A model generated the notes under the pieces. That model ran no database searches. It was given only the letters and a program-made list of their open reading frames with translations, and was not told the DNA's origin. The position numbers and the translations under genes are program-made. From positions 1 to 61,451 of the forward strand of contig JAFCZD010000026.1 of NCBI GenBank assembly GCA_019314525.1: 61,451 nt of DNA, in the 5' to 3' direction. This stretch comes from Deltaproteobacteria bacterium. GTDB taxonomy: Bacteria > Myxococcota_A > Polyangia > GCA-2747355. This document shows positions 45,246-55,568 of this stretch, one piece after another. The stretch's first letter is position 1. Each line of letters starts with the position of its first letter.

Positions 45246-45854
45246 ATGCATACGAGCAAAATTGTTGTTGTCGCCTTGATAACCGCTCTCGGCGCCAGCG
45301 TAGGCACCTTCTTTGGCTTGCGAGTACTGGTGGGACAGACCTCAGGTCCCAAAATGGTAGAAGTGCCTGCTCTTGTAGGAATGGCCGTAGATCAGGCCCG
45401 AGAGCTGGCTGAAGCCAAAGACCTGCGGTTGGCGATCTTCGAGCGTCGCGCTGACCAAGAGGCTGCAGGCCGGGTGATCAAACAGGTCCCGCTGCCCGGC
45501 TCGAGCGTGCCCGCGGCGACGGCCACCTATGTGGTGGTCTCCGCCGGAAAAGATGCATCGTCTGGCGCGCCAACCAAAGGCCCGGTCGTGGCAGCGCTTC
45601 CGGCGGCGCCTGCGCCCACGCCTGCGGTGGCGCCTGTTGTGGCGGTGGTGCAGGTCGTTGTCCCTCGTGTGCGCTGGCGCCGCTTGAAGCGCGCGAAGAA
45701 GCAACTAGAAGAGGCTGGCTTGCAGGTGGGGCGCATCCGCTTGATGGAGGATGAAGATCGGGCCCCTGGTTTGATTCTCAAGCAGAGGCCCAAGGCGGGG
45801 CAAGAGGTCGCCAAGGGCGCCACCGTTGAGCTCTGGCTCAACGACACAGAGTAG
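45246..45854 (+). CDS. Membrane-anchored protein with two PASTA domains.
   Basis: N-terminal TM helix IVVVALITALGASVGTFFGL. PASTA-like units VEVPALVGMAVDQARELAEAKDLRL...GRVIKQVPLPGSSV and VVPRVRWRRLKRAKKQLEEAGLQVG...LILKQRPKAGQEVAKGATVELWL. Confidence 0.75.
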   Translation: MHTSKIVVVALITALGASVGTFFGLRVLVGQTSGPKMVEVPALVGMAVDQARELAEAKDLRLAIFERRADQEAAGRVIKQVPLPGSSVPAATATYVVVSAGKDASSGAPTKGPVVAALPAAPAPTPAVAPVVAVVQVVVPRVRWRRLKRAKKQLEEAGLQVGRIRLMEDEDRAPGLILKQRPKAGQEVAKGATVELWLNDTE

Positions 45855-45856
45855 TG

Positions 45857-47422
45857 ATGCATACGGGAGAGCCGATGGATTTTGTGGGGCGGGTCATCGG
45901 CGGGCGCTTCGAAATCGTCCGTCTTTTAGGGCAAGGAGGGATGGGGGCCGTCTATGAGGCGCGGCACCAGACGCTCACGCGCCGCTTCGCGATCAAGATT
46001 CTCCGTCCAGAGCTCGCCGCGAGCCGCGATTTCGTCGAGCGTTTTCGACGCGAGGCCGTGGCGTCAGCTCGTATTGAGCACCCAAACGTCATTTACATCA
46101 CCGACTTTGGTAGCATGGAAGATGGCTCGTTCTATCTGGTGATGGAGTTCTTGCAAGGGCAGGGCCTCGACGAGATCCTGGTGCAAGCCGGTCGCATCCC
46201 CCTCTCTCGTGCGATCCCGATCTTGGCTCAGGTCGCCGACGCGCTCGACGCCGCGCATGCGGTGGAAGTCGTGCATCGCGACTTGAAGCCAGAGAATATC
46301 CTCTTGTCGGAGGTGCGTGGTCACAAGGACATCGTGAAGGTTTTCGACTTTGGGATCGCTCGGGTGCGCACTCCAGAGTTTTCCGAGACCCTCACCATGC
46401 GTGGCCAGGTCTTCGGCACGGCTGAGTATATGTCTCCTGAGCAGGCCATGGGTGAGGAGTGCGATGGGCGCTCTGATCTCTACGCTGTGGGTTGTCTCGC
46501 GTACGAATTGGTGACAGGAGACCCACCCTTCACAGGGCAACCCGTGAAGGTGTTGCAGGCGCAGGTGAGCAAGGAGCCTGCGCCTCCTTCGACGCGCTTG
46601 CGTGACCACCCGATTCCATCCGCCTTCGACGCGTTGGTCCTCCGCTGTTTGGCAAAGAAACCAAGCGATCGCTACAGCTCAGGCGCTGAGTTGCGCCAAG
46701 CTCTGCTCAAGGTGAGGGGCATGCTCTTCAGCATGGGCGCACAGCTCTCCACGCGCCAACGCGTCACAGGTACAGTGCCGATGGTTTCTCAGCAGCAGAT
46801 GAGTGAGGGTTGGCGCAGCCTCGAGGGGCGTCTACCTGAGATCTTCAGCACGGCTCGTGATCCTGTCATCGCCCGCCGTGGTTCTGTCACCGCCGCGCAA
46901 CAGGATGCCAGGCGGGTGGTGAACGTCGACGCTCTTCACGACCAATTTCATGACACCCTGCGTGGGCTCGCCATCGCTCTGACCCAAGCCGCCCTTGCCC
47001 CAGAGGAGACCAACGAGGCGTTGGCGCGCTTGCTCGCCATCGAGGAGGAGATAGCGTCCCTCACGGGGACCATCGCGCTCTCTGAACAGAACTTCGATCG
47101 CATCCGCTATGAGCATGGTCAGCGAGAGAAGCGGTTGCGTTATGCAATCTTTGACCTGGGCATGGAGCAGGCGCTGCTCGAAGGGAGGAGCGTTGGCGAG
47201 GTGGCTAAAGAGCGGGCGCTGCAGATCCAAGAGCTCAATCTAGAGGTCCAAGGCTACCGTGACGCCAAGGAGTCTCGAGAGCAAGAGGGCGCGAAGATCT
47301 ATCAAATGATCCACTCGCAGATCGAGGCCCTCCGTCCCGCGGCTCGTGGCGATGAGGTGCTCGCGCTCTATTCGAAATTAGATACCCTCCGAGAGCAGCT
47401 GGAGCGGGCGACGAAGGGTTAG
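45857..47422 (+). CDS. Ser/Thr protein kinase, soluble, with a C-terminal coiled-coil region.
   Basis: LGQGGMGAVYEARH, FAIKIL, HRDLKPENILL, DFGIA, SPEQ. No TM segment was seen. Its ATG is 2 bp after the PASTA gene's stop. Confidence 0.85.
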   Translation: MHTGEPMDFVGRVIGGRFEIVRLLGQGGMGAVYEARHQTLTRRFAIKILRPELAASRDFVERFRREAVASARIEHPNVIYITDFGSMEDGSFYLVMEFLQGQGLDEILVQAGRIPLSRAIPILAQVADALDAAHAVEVVHRDLKPENILLSEVRGHKDIVKVFDFGIARVRTPEFSETLTMRGQVFGTAEYMSPEQAMGEECDGRSDLYAVGCLAYELVTGDPPFTGQPVKVLQAQVSKEPAPPSTRLRDHPIPSAFDALVLRCLAKKPSDRYSSGAELRQALLKVRGMLFSMGAQLSTRQRVTGTVPMVSQQQMSEGWRSLEGRLPEIFSTARDPVIARRGSVTAAQQDARRVVNVDALHDQFHDTLRGLAIALTQAALAPEETNEALARLLAIEEEIASLTGTIALSEQNFDRIRYEHGQREKRLRYAIFDLGMEQALLEGRSVGEVAKERALQIQELNLEVQGYRDAKESREQEGAKIYQMIHSQIEALRPAARGDEVLALYSKLDTLREQLERATKG

Positions 47423-47455
47423 GGCGCTGGTTGCATGGCCCCTTGGTGACGAAAC

Positions 47456-48199
47456 TTAGTCCTCGAGCAGAAACTTCTCTTCTTCAACGAAGTCTGCAGG
47501 GCGGGGGAGGATTGGCCAGCCCTTTTTCCTCGAGTACTCGGCGAAATCTGGGGCGGGGTAGACACTCCAGGCCATCTCGGAGAGCTCCATCATGGGCCCG
47601 TCCAGGCTCCCATTACCCGCACAGAAGCGCACCTTGCGTTGCCCGAGCATGGCGTTCAACTTGCGCGCCTTTCCCTCGCCCGCGCAGGGGATGCCGCTGT
47701 GCTTGCCCGTGATGCGGCCTTCGACCACCTCGAAGTCCATGCCCACGATGACGTTGGCGCCAATGATGCGTTCGAGAGGCAGCAAGATGTCCGTGGGCGT
47801 CCCAGAGACGATCCAGATCGGGAAGCCCTTTTCTTGCAACAAGGTCAAGCTCTCCATGACCTCCCAGACCCATGTGCGAGCGTGCTCTTCCCAGTAGTGG
47901 TTCACATGCTTATGGAGCGTTGTGAGAGCCATGTCGTGGTAGAGCGTCAAGAGAAAGCGGCATCCTGTGGGCGGATCGTCGCGGTAGACGCGCATATACT
48001 GTGGCCAGAGCTCGTTGGAGATGTGGCCTTGCTCCATCATCCATTGGGTGAAGTCGTCGGCGACGTCGTCGACCCATAGCGTGCCATCAGCGTCGAAGAC
48101 GGCGATGGAGTCATCATGGCGAGTGGGGATCGCCTTGATGAACTCAGGGACTAGCTCTGGCGCGCGAGGGCGTTTCAGCCCGTGAGGGTCATCTTTCAT
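47456..48199 (-). CDS. HAD-superfamily (subfamily IB-like) phosphatase/hydrolase.
   Basis: Motif I AVFDADGTL, motif II IVSGT, motif III/IV K...GNGSLD. Its ATG overlaps the dctM stop (ATGA at 48196..48199). Confidence 0.75.
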   Translation of the reverse strand: MKDDPHGLKRPRAPELVPEFIKAIPTRHDDSIAVFDADGTLWVDDVADDFTQWMMEQGHISNELWPQYMRVYRDDPPTGCRFLLTLYHDMALTTLHKHVNHYWEEHARTWVWEVMESLTLLQEKGFPIWIVSGTPTDILLPLERIIGANVIVGMDFEVVEGRITGKHSGIPCAGEGKARKLNAMLGQRKVRFCAGNGSLDGPMMELSEMAWSVYPAPDFAEYSRKKGWPILPRPADFVEEEKFLLED

Positions 48200-49689
48200 G
48201 GGGTCGCTTTCTGTGTTGTCGGTGGAGCCGGGGCTGGCTTCTTTTTGTCATCGTCGAGATCGTCGAGTTCGTCGTCGATATCATCACCCTGGCAATCGGG
48301 ATCTTTTGGGTCGCCTTCACAGATGCCGTCAAGGATGGGGGGGCGCTTCTTGGCTGGGGGTGCAGCACCCTTCTGTGGTGTGGCACCTGGCGTGGGCTGC
48401 TCGACCATTCCACCTTTGATCGTGGCCTGGCCCTGAGGAACAGTGAAGGTGGTCACCACAGGGAAGTAGGTGATCACCAGCAGCGCGATGAGGTTTGCCA
48501 GGACAAAGGGGACGGCAGCGCGATAGAGCCGCACGATGGGCTGGCGAAAGCGAAAAGAGGCGATGAAGAGGTTCATGCCCACCGGTGGCGTATTGTAGCC
48601 CAGCTCGAGGTTGATCAAGAAGATGATCGCCAGGTGCATGGGGTGAATGCCAAACTTCGCCGCCAAGGGCACGATCAAGGGCACCACGATGACGATGGCG
48701 GAGAAGATGTCGAGGAGGCAGCCAACCACCAAGAGGAAGAGATTGAGGGCGAGCAGGAAGAGCCACTTGCTCTCGATAGTGCTGGAGATAAAGCCCACGA
48801 TGGCTTGGGGGATTTGCCGGTCCACCAGGAAGTTGGTCAGCCCCAAGGCGGCCCCGACGATCACCAAGATTGCGCCGCAGAGCACCATGCTCTCCTTGGT
48901 GATGCGTGGCAGGTCGCGGATGGGGTGCACGTCGCGGTAGACAAAGATCTCGATGAGCAACACGTAGAGCGCTGCCATGGCCGCTGCCTCTGGCACCTTG
49001 AGCGTCCCGGTGAGGATGAAGACGATGAGCCAGACTGGGAGCAGCACCTCAGGCAGGGCCACGAGCAGGGCGCGCCACGCCTCCTTGGGCTCGAAGGGGG
49101 TGCGTGGCACACCGCTCTTCACACCAAAATAGACGGCGATGACGGCGATGACTCCGAGGTCGATGAGCCCTGGGATGATGCCCGCGACGTAGAGTCGTGT
49201 GATGTCCACCGCAGCGACATAGCCGTAGATAATCACGGGGAGGCTCGGCGGAAAGACGAGGCCACGGCTCCCGCTGGTGGTCACCAGGCCCAAGGAGAAG
49301 TTGCGGCCGTAACCTTCTTTGAGCAACACGGGCAACAGCAGCCCCCCCAAGGCGACGATGGTGATGCCGGAGGCGCCTGTGAAGGTGGTGAAAAAGGCGC
49401 ATGTTATGAGGGTCACCAGCGCCATGCCACCGGGGATGCAGCCGAAGACGGCCCGGCTCACAGCGACGAGGCGTCGTGGAGCGCCACTCTCAGCGAGGAG
49501 GTAGCCAGCAAAGGTGAAAAGGGGGATGGTGATCAGCGTGTCCATCTGGACCAGCTTGCTGATCTCTCCTGTGACGTCAGCGGCGGGCCGACCCACGCTC
49601 ATGAAGCTTGCGAGGGCAGTCCCCGAGATGACGAGGAAGAGTGGGGCGCCCAAAAGCGCGAAGGCGAATAGTAAGACCCCAAACCCCAT
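48196..49689 (-). CDS. dctM: TRAP transporter large permease (DctM family) with an acidic, Cys-containing C-terminal tail of about 70 aa.
   Basis: N-terminus MGFGVLLFAFALLGAPLFLVISG and the multi-TM pattern are typical of DctM. Tail: ...ILDGICEGDPKDPDCQGDDIDDELDDLDDDKKKP. Confidence 0.9.
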   Translation of the reverse strand: MGFGVLLFAFALLGAPLFLVISGTALASFMSVGRPAADVTGEISKLVQMDTLITIPLFTFAGYLLAESGAPRRLVAVSRAVFGCIPGGMALVTLITCAFFTTFTGASGITIVALGGLLLPVLLKEGYGRNFSLGLVTTSGSRGLVFPPSLPVIIYGYVAAVDITRLYVAGIIPGLIDLGVIAVIAVYFGVKSGVPRTPFEPKEAWRALLVALPEVLLPVWLIVFILTGTLKVPEAAAMAALYVLLIEIFVYRDVHPIRDLPRITKESMVLCGAILVIVGAALGLTNFLVDRQIPQAIVGFISSTIESKWLFLLALNLFLLVVGCLLDIFSAIVIVVPLIVPLAAKFGIHPMHLAIIFLINLELGYNTPPVGMNLFIASFRFRQPIVRLYRAAVPFVLANLIALLVITYFPVVTTFTVPQGQATIKGGMVEQPTPGATPQKGAAPPAKKRPPILDGICEGDPKDPDCQGDDIDDELDDLDDDKKKPAPAPPTTQKATP

Positions 49690-50843
49690 TATCGTCTCGT
49701 CTCGTCATCATCGTCGTTGGGTACAAGGGCGAGCTCTGTGGCCGCCTCTGCGACGTCGTCACCATCACTCTCCTCCGGAACAGAGGAGGAGATCACCACC
49801 TTTGCGTCTCGGGTCTTGTCCTCGTCCTCATCCTTCGATGGAGTGGTGAGTTTGTCCTGCAGATCAGGATCGAAGAGCGTTTGGGCGTCTTCTTCCGGCT
49901 CTTTCCGATTTTTGAGTTCAGGGACCAATGTATCGCTGAGAGCATCGCTTACCGTGGCTTCGTCCAGCTCGCCAGATGTCTCTGCGCTGGCCTCCCCGCT
50001 GACTTTGGCCGCGGCTAGGGCTGGCAACTCGTTAGCGAGCTGTTTGCGATGTTTAGGCGTGATGGGGGTGGTGGGTGCTTCCTCTTGTTCATCATCGTCA
50101 TCGTCGAGCTGGCTTCGCTGAGCCTCAGGCTCAGCCTCAGGCTCAGCTGCCAGAACGTCTGCAGGCTTGCCCTCCTCTACTTCATGCACCCTGGGTTCGT
50201 CTTCTTCGGCGCTGGCCATGATGCGGTCAAGGAAGCGGTCACCCTCATCCCTGTTGTCATCGCCCTCCTCACCACTGGCTAAGAGGGTGAGGTCCCGTGC
50301 CAAGCGCAGAAAGAAGTGCACGCCGATCAGCCCAAAGCCCATGGGGAGCATCAGCTGTGAGAGCCACTGTGGGAAGCTGCCCTCACCGAGCTCCTGTTGC
50401 AGCAGGCGCATCGCACTCCACCCTTCAGGGACATTGGCGAGCCAGGGCTCATAGTTGGCGCGAAAGGTTTGCCAGCCGCCGCGAGTGAGCAGGGCACAGG
50501 TGATCACCCCGAAGACGCCAATGAGCACGTTTAACGCAAGGCGCTTGCGCCCCTTCAGGGCGCGCCCCACGAGATCGATGTTGAGGTGCCGCCCCTCGCT
50601 GGTGGCCACTGCAGCGCCAATCAAGCCAATGAGCACGGTGGCGTTTTGCAGGGTGACGTCCGCCCAGTCGATGGAGGTGCTCCAGATGTTGCGCAGCAGC
50701 ACCTGCAGAGCAGCGAGCACGATCAACGAGACGAGGAGCAGCGCAAGGAGCACCTCTTCGAATTTGACCAGGAAGCGGTCGAGTCGTGTCAGCAGGCCCA
50801 CGTCGAACCTCGAGTCAGCGGTTGGCGTTGATGATGGGAACAA
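49689..50843 (-). CDS. dctQ: TRAP transporter small permease (DctQ family) fused to an acidic, low-complexity C-terminal tail of about 200 aa.
   Basis: The first 180 aa or so have 4 TM helices with a DctQ-like pattern (LDRFLVKFEEVLLALLLVSLIVLAALQVLLRNIW...). The remainder is Asp/Glu-rich. Its stop overlaps the dctM ATG (TAATG). Confidence 0.75.
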   Translation of the reverse strand: MFPSSTPTADSRFDVGLLTRLDRFLVKFEEVLLALLLVSLIVLAALQVLLRNIWSTSIDWADVTLQNATVLIGLIGAAVATSEGRHLNIDLVGRALKGRKRLALNVLIGVFGVITCALLTRGGWQTFRANYEPWLANVPEGWSAMRLLQQELGEGSFPQWLSQLMLPMGFGLIGVHFFLRLARDLTLLASGEEGDDNRDEGDRFLDRIMASAEEDEPRVHEVEEGKPADVLAAEPEAEPEAQRSQLDDDDDEQEEAPTTPITPKHRKQLANELPALAAAKVSGEASAETSGELDEATVSDALSDTLVPELKNRKEPEEDAQTLFDPDLQDKLTTPSKDEDEDKTRDAKVVISSSVPEESDGDDVAEAATELALVPNDDDDETRR

Positions 50844-50880
50844 AAACCTCGTGAGGTCACCGCTGTGGCAGCAGGAGCAC

Positions 50881-51870
50881 TCACTGGAGGCGTCGCACCT
50901 TGTTCAGCGTCGCGGCGGAATAGTATCGTGGCACGAAAGAACGTGCGACTTTTGTCGCCGCCGCCCGGTAGGCTTGGTGATCGGCTGCTTTCATTTTGAT
51001 GAAGATCATGCCCTGAGCTTTGAGGGCGGCTCGGGCCTTGTCATTATCCTTGCGAATGCGTTTGGTGAGCACGGTGTGAACCTTGGCGGCCCACTTCTTC
51101 AGTGTTTGCTGTTGTGCTGGCGTGAGCTTGTCGAAGACTTTCTTGGTGATCACCGTGGCGCCGATGCCGATGGCCAAGGGCATCTCGATCATATAGTTGA
51201 TCTTGGTGTGCCACTGCAACGCCATGGCGCCAAGGGGAGAGTTGGTCACCACATCCACCATGCCCGTGGTGAGCGCGGGGTAGACTTGGGGCAACCCGAG
51301 GACGCGTGGCTTGACGTTCAAAGCGCGCATCATCGCTTTGGAGATAGGGTCGTCGTTCCAGGCCCAAACACGTTGCTTCCGCAGCTCAGCGAGGGAGGCG
51401 ACCTTGTTCTTTGTGAAGAGGTGAATCATGCCCAACTCGCTCCAGCCGAGTAGGACGTAGCCACGTTTCTCAAAGGATCTTTCGAAGTCAGCCTTCATCG
51501 CCACTTTGACCTTGTCCAGCCGCGCGTAGTTGCGAAACATCAGCGGCAATTGCAGTACCAGCGCCTCGGGGTTTATCATCGCCAAACCAACCGTGGTGAA
51601 GGAGCCGCCCTGGAGCTGTCCGGTGCGCATTTTCCGCACCACATCCCGTTCGTCTCCTTGCACCTGGCCAGGGTAGAACTTCAGCCTCACGGCTTTGTTC
51701 GTCTCCTTCTCCACCTTGCTTTTCATCTTGTCGAAATAGCGCATCCAAACCGAGCCCCGCGGGGCCACGGTGGCGATCTTGATCACGACCTCTGCGGCGG
51801 CCGGTTGGGAGCAGAGAAGAGGGAATGCAAACATAGTGAGCAGCATCGTGCTGCCAAGAAGCCGTTTCAT
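50881..51870 (-). CDS. dctP: TRAP transporter substrate-binding protein (DctP/TatP(T)-like).
   Basis: ATG 51870. Signal peptide MKRLLGSTMLLTMFAFPLLCSQPAAA. DctP-like pattern: IKIATVAPRGSVW..., LKFYPGQVQGDERDVVRKMRTGQLQGG. The track ORF's extra 65 N-terminal codons are rejected. Confidence 0.85.
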   Translation of the reverse strand: MKRLLGSTMLLTMFAFPLLCSQPAAAEVVIKIATVAPRGSVWMRYFDKMKSKVEKETNKAVRLKFYPGQVQGDERDVVRKMRTGQLQGGSFTTVGLAMINPEALVLQLPLMFRNYARLDKVKVAMKADFERSFEKRGYVLLGWSELGMIHLFTKNKVASLAELRKQRVWAWNDDPISKAMMRALNVKPRVLGLPQVYPALTTGMVDVVTNSPLGAMALQWHTKINYMIEMPLAIGIGATVITKKVFDKLTPAQQQTLKKWAAKVHTVLTKRIRKDNDKARAALKAQGMIFIKMKAADHQAYRAAATKVARSFVPRYYSAATLNKVRRLQ

Positions 51871-51940
51871 ATCGATTTCAACCTCCGAAGCAAAGTTCCT
51901 AAGGGCCGGCGTTAACCGGTCATCTCCCTGCGACGAGCCA

Positions 51941-52861
51941 CTAGAAAAGTTCACTCGCTCTGGCGCGCAAGCGTGTCGCCTGGCGTTTCGCGCCCACATT
52001 GGCCAAGCGCTGGTCCACCAGGATATTGATGTCGGCTTTGTCCACCTCATCGAGGAGCGCATCAAAGAGCTTGCGATCTTGCACCTGCACGGCCAACGTT
52101 TTGGCGTACATCAGCTGGACGAGGAGGAAGCGCCGTTTAGTCAGTTTCAATGCTCTTTCGAAGTGCTCACGTGCACGTTTGGCGTCGCCCCCGAGCATGG
52201 GCCCGACGCTGCCGTAGAGCGAGCCCAAGATCACATGGGCGTTGGCGAAGTAGAAGCCCTCGTTGAGCGCCACTACTCGCTCAAGGATCGCTTTGATTTT
52301 GGCGATGTTGCCCATGAGGGCCACATCTTCCCGGTCGACGTTGATCGCCATGGAGAGCGGCGCGGCGGCCCAAAAGAGCCCCTCCACGTCATCTTCGTCG
52401 CAGCTGGCTAAGAACTTCTCGAGGGCCTCGCGACCCTTCTTGAAGGTCTCTTTTGCTCCGGTTTCGTGGGTCTCTAGCAGCCGCAACCCATAGCGGTGAG
52501 CTCGCAGATGCATCTCCTTGGCGCGCAGACGCAGCTGTTCTACGGCAGGGTTTGCGTCAAGATCGTCAGAGCTGGCTGCCATGCGCTCCAGCTGGTCTTC
52601 GAGCACGACCATCCCATAGCCGCTGTAAAGCCGCGCGAGCAGCTTGAGGAGCACAGGATTTTGCGGTGATGAATAGAGAAAAGTTTCAAGGGTCTTGATG
52701 GTGGGGGCGAAGGAGGTCGCCGCCAGCTCGTAGTCCCACTCTTTGTCCATGGCAGCAGCGCCATGCTTGAAGACCTGAGCCGTTTGATCAACGGTGATTT
52801 GCCGCAAGCTGCAAGCTGAACAGATGAAGGTGAGAGAGAGGAGAAAGGGAAGAAGTCTCAT
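51941..52861 (-). CDS. tatT: TRAP-associated TPR lipoprotein (TatT-like T-component).
   Basis: Lipobox LTFICSAC. All-helical TPR-like protein located directly upstream of dctP-Q-M. The C-terminal segment GSLYGSVGPMLGGDAKRAREHFERALKL is reminiscent of the TatT family. Confidence 0.65.
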   Translation of the reverse strand: MRLLPFLLSLTFICSACSLRQITVDQTAQVFKHGAAAMDKEWDYELAATSFAPTIKTLETFLYSSPQNPVLLKLLARLYSGYGMVVLEDQLERMAASSDDLDANPAVEQLRLRAKEMHLRAHRYGLRLLETHETGAKETFKKGREALEKFLASCDEDDVEGLFWAAAPLSMAINVDREDVALMGNIAKIKAILERVVALNEGFYFANAHVILGSLYGSVGPMLGGDAKRAREHFERALKLTKRRFLLVQLMYAKTLAVQVQDRKLFDALLDEVDKADINILVDQRLANVGAKRQATRLRARASELF

Positions 52862-52995
52862 GATCCATACTCCATGGACAGTGGCGGAGGCATCTTGTGC
52901 GAGGAGAGGGCCTTCGTCAATGTCGAGGAATCAAGGGAATATGGCTGGAGTGAGTGGCAGGAAACAAGTGGGTTCGCGACTTACGCCGCGAGCGT

Positions 52996-53313
52996 CTAGA
53001 GACCACCCTCTGAGGGGATCCTCCGCAAACCTTCGCGCCGGTGTCGTCGTCGCACCAGCTGAACCTTCAATTTGTCACAAGCCTCGGACACGACACTGTT
53101 GATTTCGTGACCCGAGCTGAGTGAAGTCAACTCCCCTCCCCGCAGACTCATCGAGAGCGTAACTCGTGACTCTGCGCCTCCTTCAACCACTGCGCGCAAG
53201 GTTGCTGGCTCGTCGAGCAAACGCTCGAAGCGTGCGGTTCCCTTTTCCAGCGCGCGCGTTGCCACCGCGGACTCGTTGTCTGACAGCCCGCGATACGTCG
53301 TGTCCAATTGCAT
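52996..53313 (-). CDS. hpf: Ribosome hibernation factor HPF/RaiA-family protein (short form).
   Basis: 105 aa. The layout, MQLDTTYRGLSDNESAVATRALEKGTARFERLL...V...ACDKLKVQLVRRRHR, matches the beta-alpha-beta-beta-beta-alpha HPF pattern, including the terminal dKLe.Ql.r.k motif. Confidence 0.55.
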   Translation of the reverse strand: MQLDTTYRGLSDNESAVATRALEKGTARFERLLDEPATLRAVVEGGAESRVTLSMSLRGGELTSLSSGHEINSVVSEACDKLKVQLVRRRHRREGLRRIPSEGGL

Positions 53314-53363
53314 CTTCGCTCCTTTGACAAAGTGGACCTGTTGCTACACTTGAGCCTCTCAAG

Positions 53364-54797
<1,434 letters not shown>

Positions 54798-54943
54798 GAA
54801 TGACTCCTATGGATGCTGTTTGGAGCGCTGACCGAATTTTGCCCCTAGGTTTGAAGCTCTGAGTCGAATCCGGTCAACTCTCTGGGGCTCAACCCGCCCC
54901 CTTGTCCCTTGATTCCCCATGCCATCGTGGTACCAGCGATGGC

Positions 54944-55543
54944 ATGCAAATCATCATCGCTGCGCTCATTCCTGCCGCCGGGGCCTCGCGTCGCATGGGG
55001 CGCGATAAGCGTAGCTTGCCCTACCGTGATCGCACAGTGCTTGAGGTCACAGTGGACACTTTGCGTCAGGCGGGCGCGCGGCCGCTGGTGGTCGTGCTTG
55101 AGCCCGATTCCCCCTGCGCTGGCTTCCCTGGGCTTTCGGATGCTGTCTTGGTGGAGAATCCACAGCCCCAACGAGGCATGCTTTCGTCGATACGGGTTGG
55201 GCTCGCGGCTCTGCCCGATGAGGTCGACGCGGTGGCTGTGTTGCCAGGAGATCACCCCTTTGTTCCACCGCAGGCAGTGCAGGCTCTCTTTGCACGTTTT
55301 GCGAGGGAACGACCCGCGCTGCTCGTACCGCGCTATCCTCGCCAGAGGGGGAGTGCAGCCCGGGGGCACCCGCTCTTGATGGCGCGGGAACTCTTCGCCG
55401 AGGCGGCCGCTTGTGATGACGCGGTGGGTTTGCGGCAGCTCCTGCGACGTCACCCAGAGCGAGTGCAGACCCTTGACCTCGATCTCCCCGACGCAGATGA
55501 TGATCTGGACACCCCCGAGGACTTGAAGAAGCTAGAACGTTAA
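54944..55543 (+). CDS. MobA/MocA-like nucleotidyltransferase (molybdenum-cofactor nucleotidyltransferase family).
   Basis: AALIPAAGASRRMGRDKRSLPY is the NTP-transferase P-loop signature. About 200 aa. ATG 54944 chosen. Confidence 0.7.
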   Translation: MQIIIAALIPAAGASRRMGRDKRSLPYRDRTVLEVTVDTLRQAGARPLVVVLEPDSPCAGFPGLSDAVLVENPQPQRGMLSSIRVGLAALPDEVDAVAVLPGDHPFVPPQAVQALFARFARERPALLVPRYPRQRGSAARGHPLLMARELFAEAAACDDAVGLRQLLRRHPERVQTLDLDLPDADDDLDTPEDLKKLER

Positions 55544-55568
55544 TTGCGGAGTGCCGATCGCTGAGGGA

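Noticed and set aside
48634-49671. 345-aa plus-strand ORF opposite dctM.
   Set aside because: It is an antisense shadow (His/Asp/Gly/Glu-rich). The minus strand encodes an unmistakable DctM permease.
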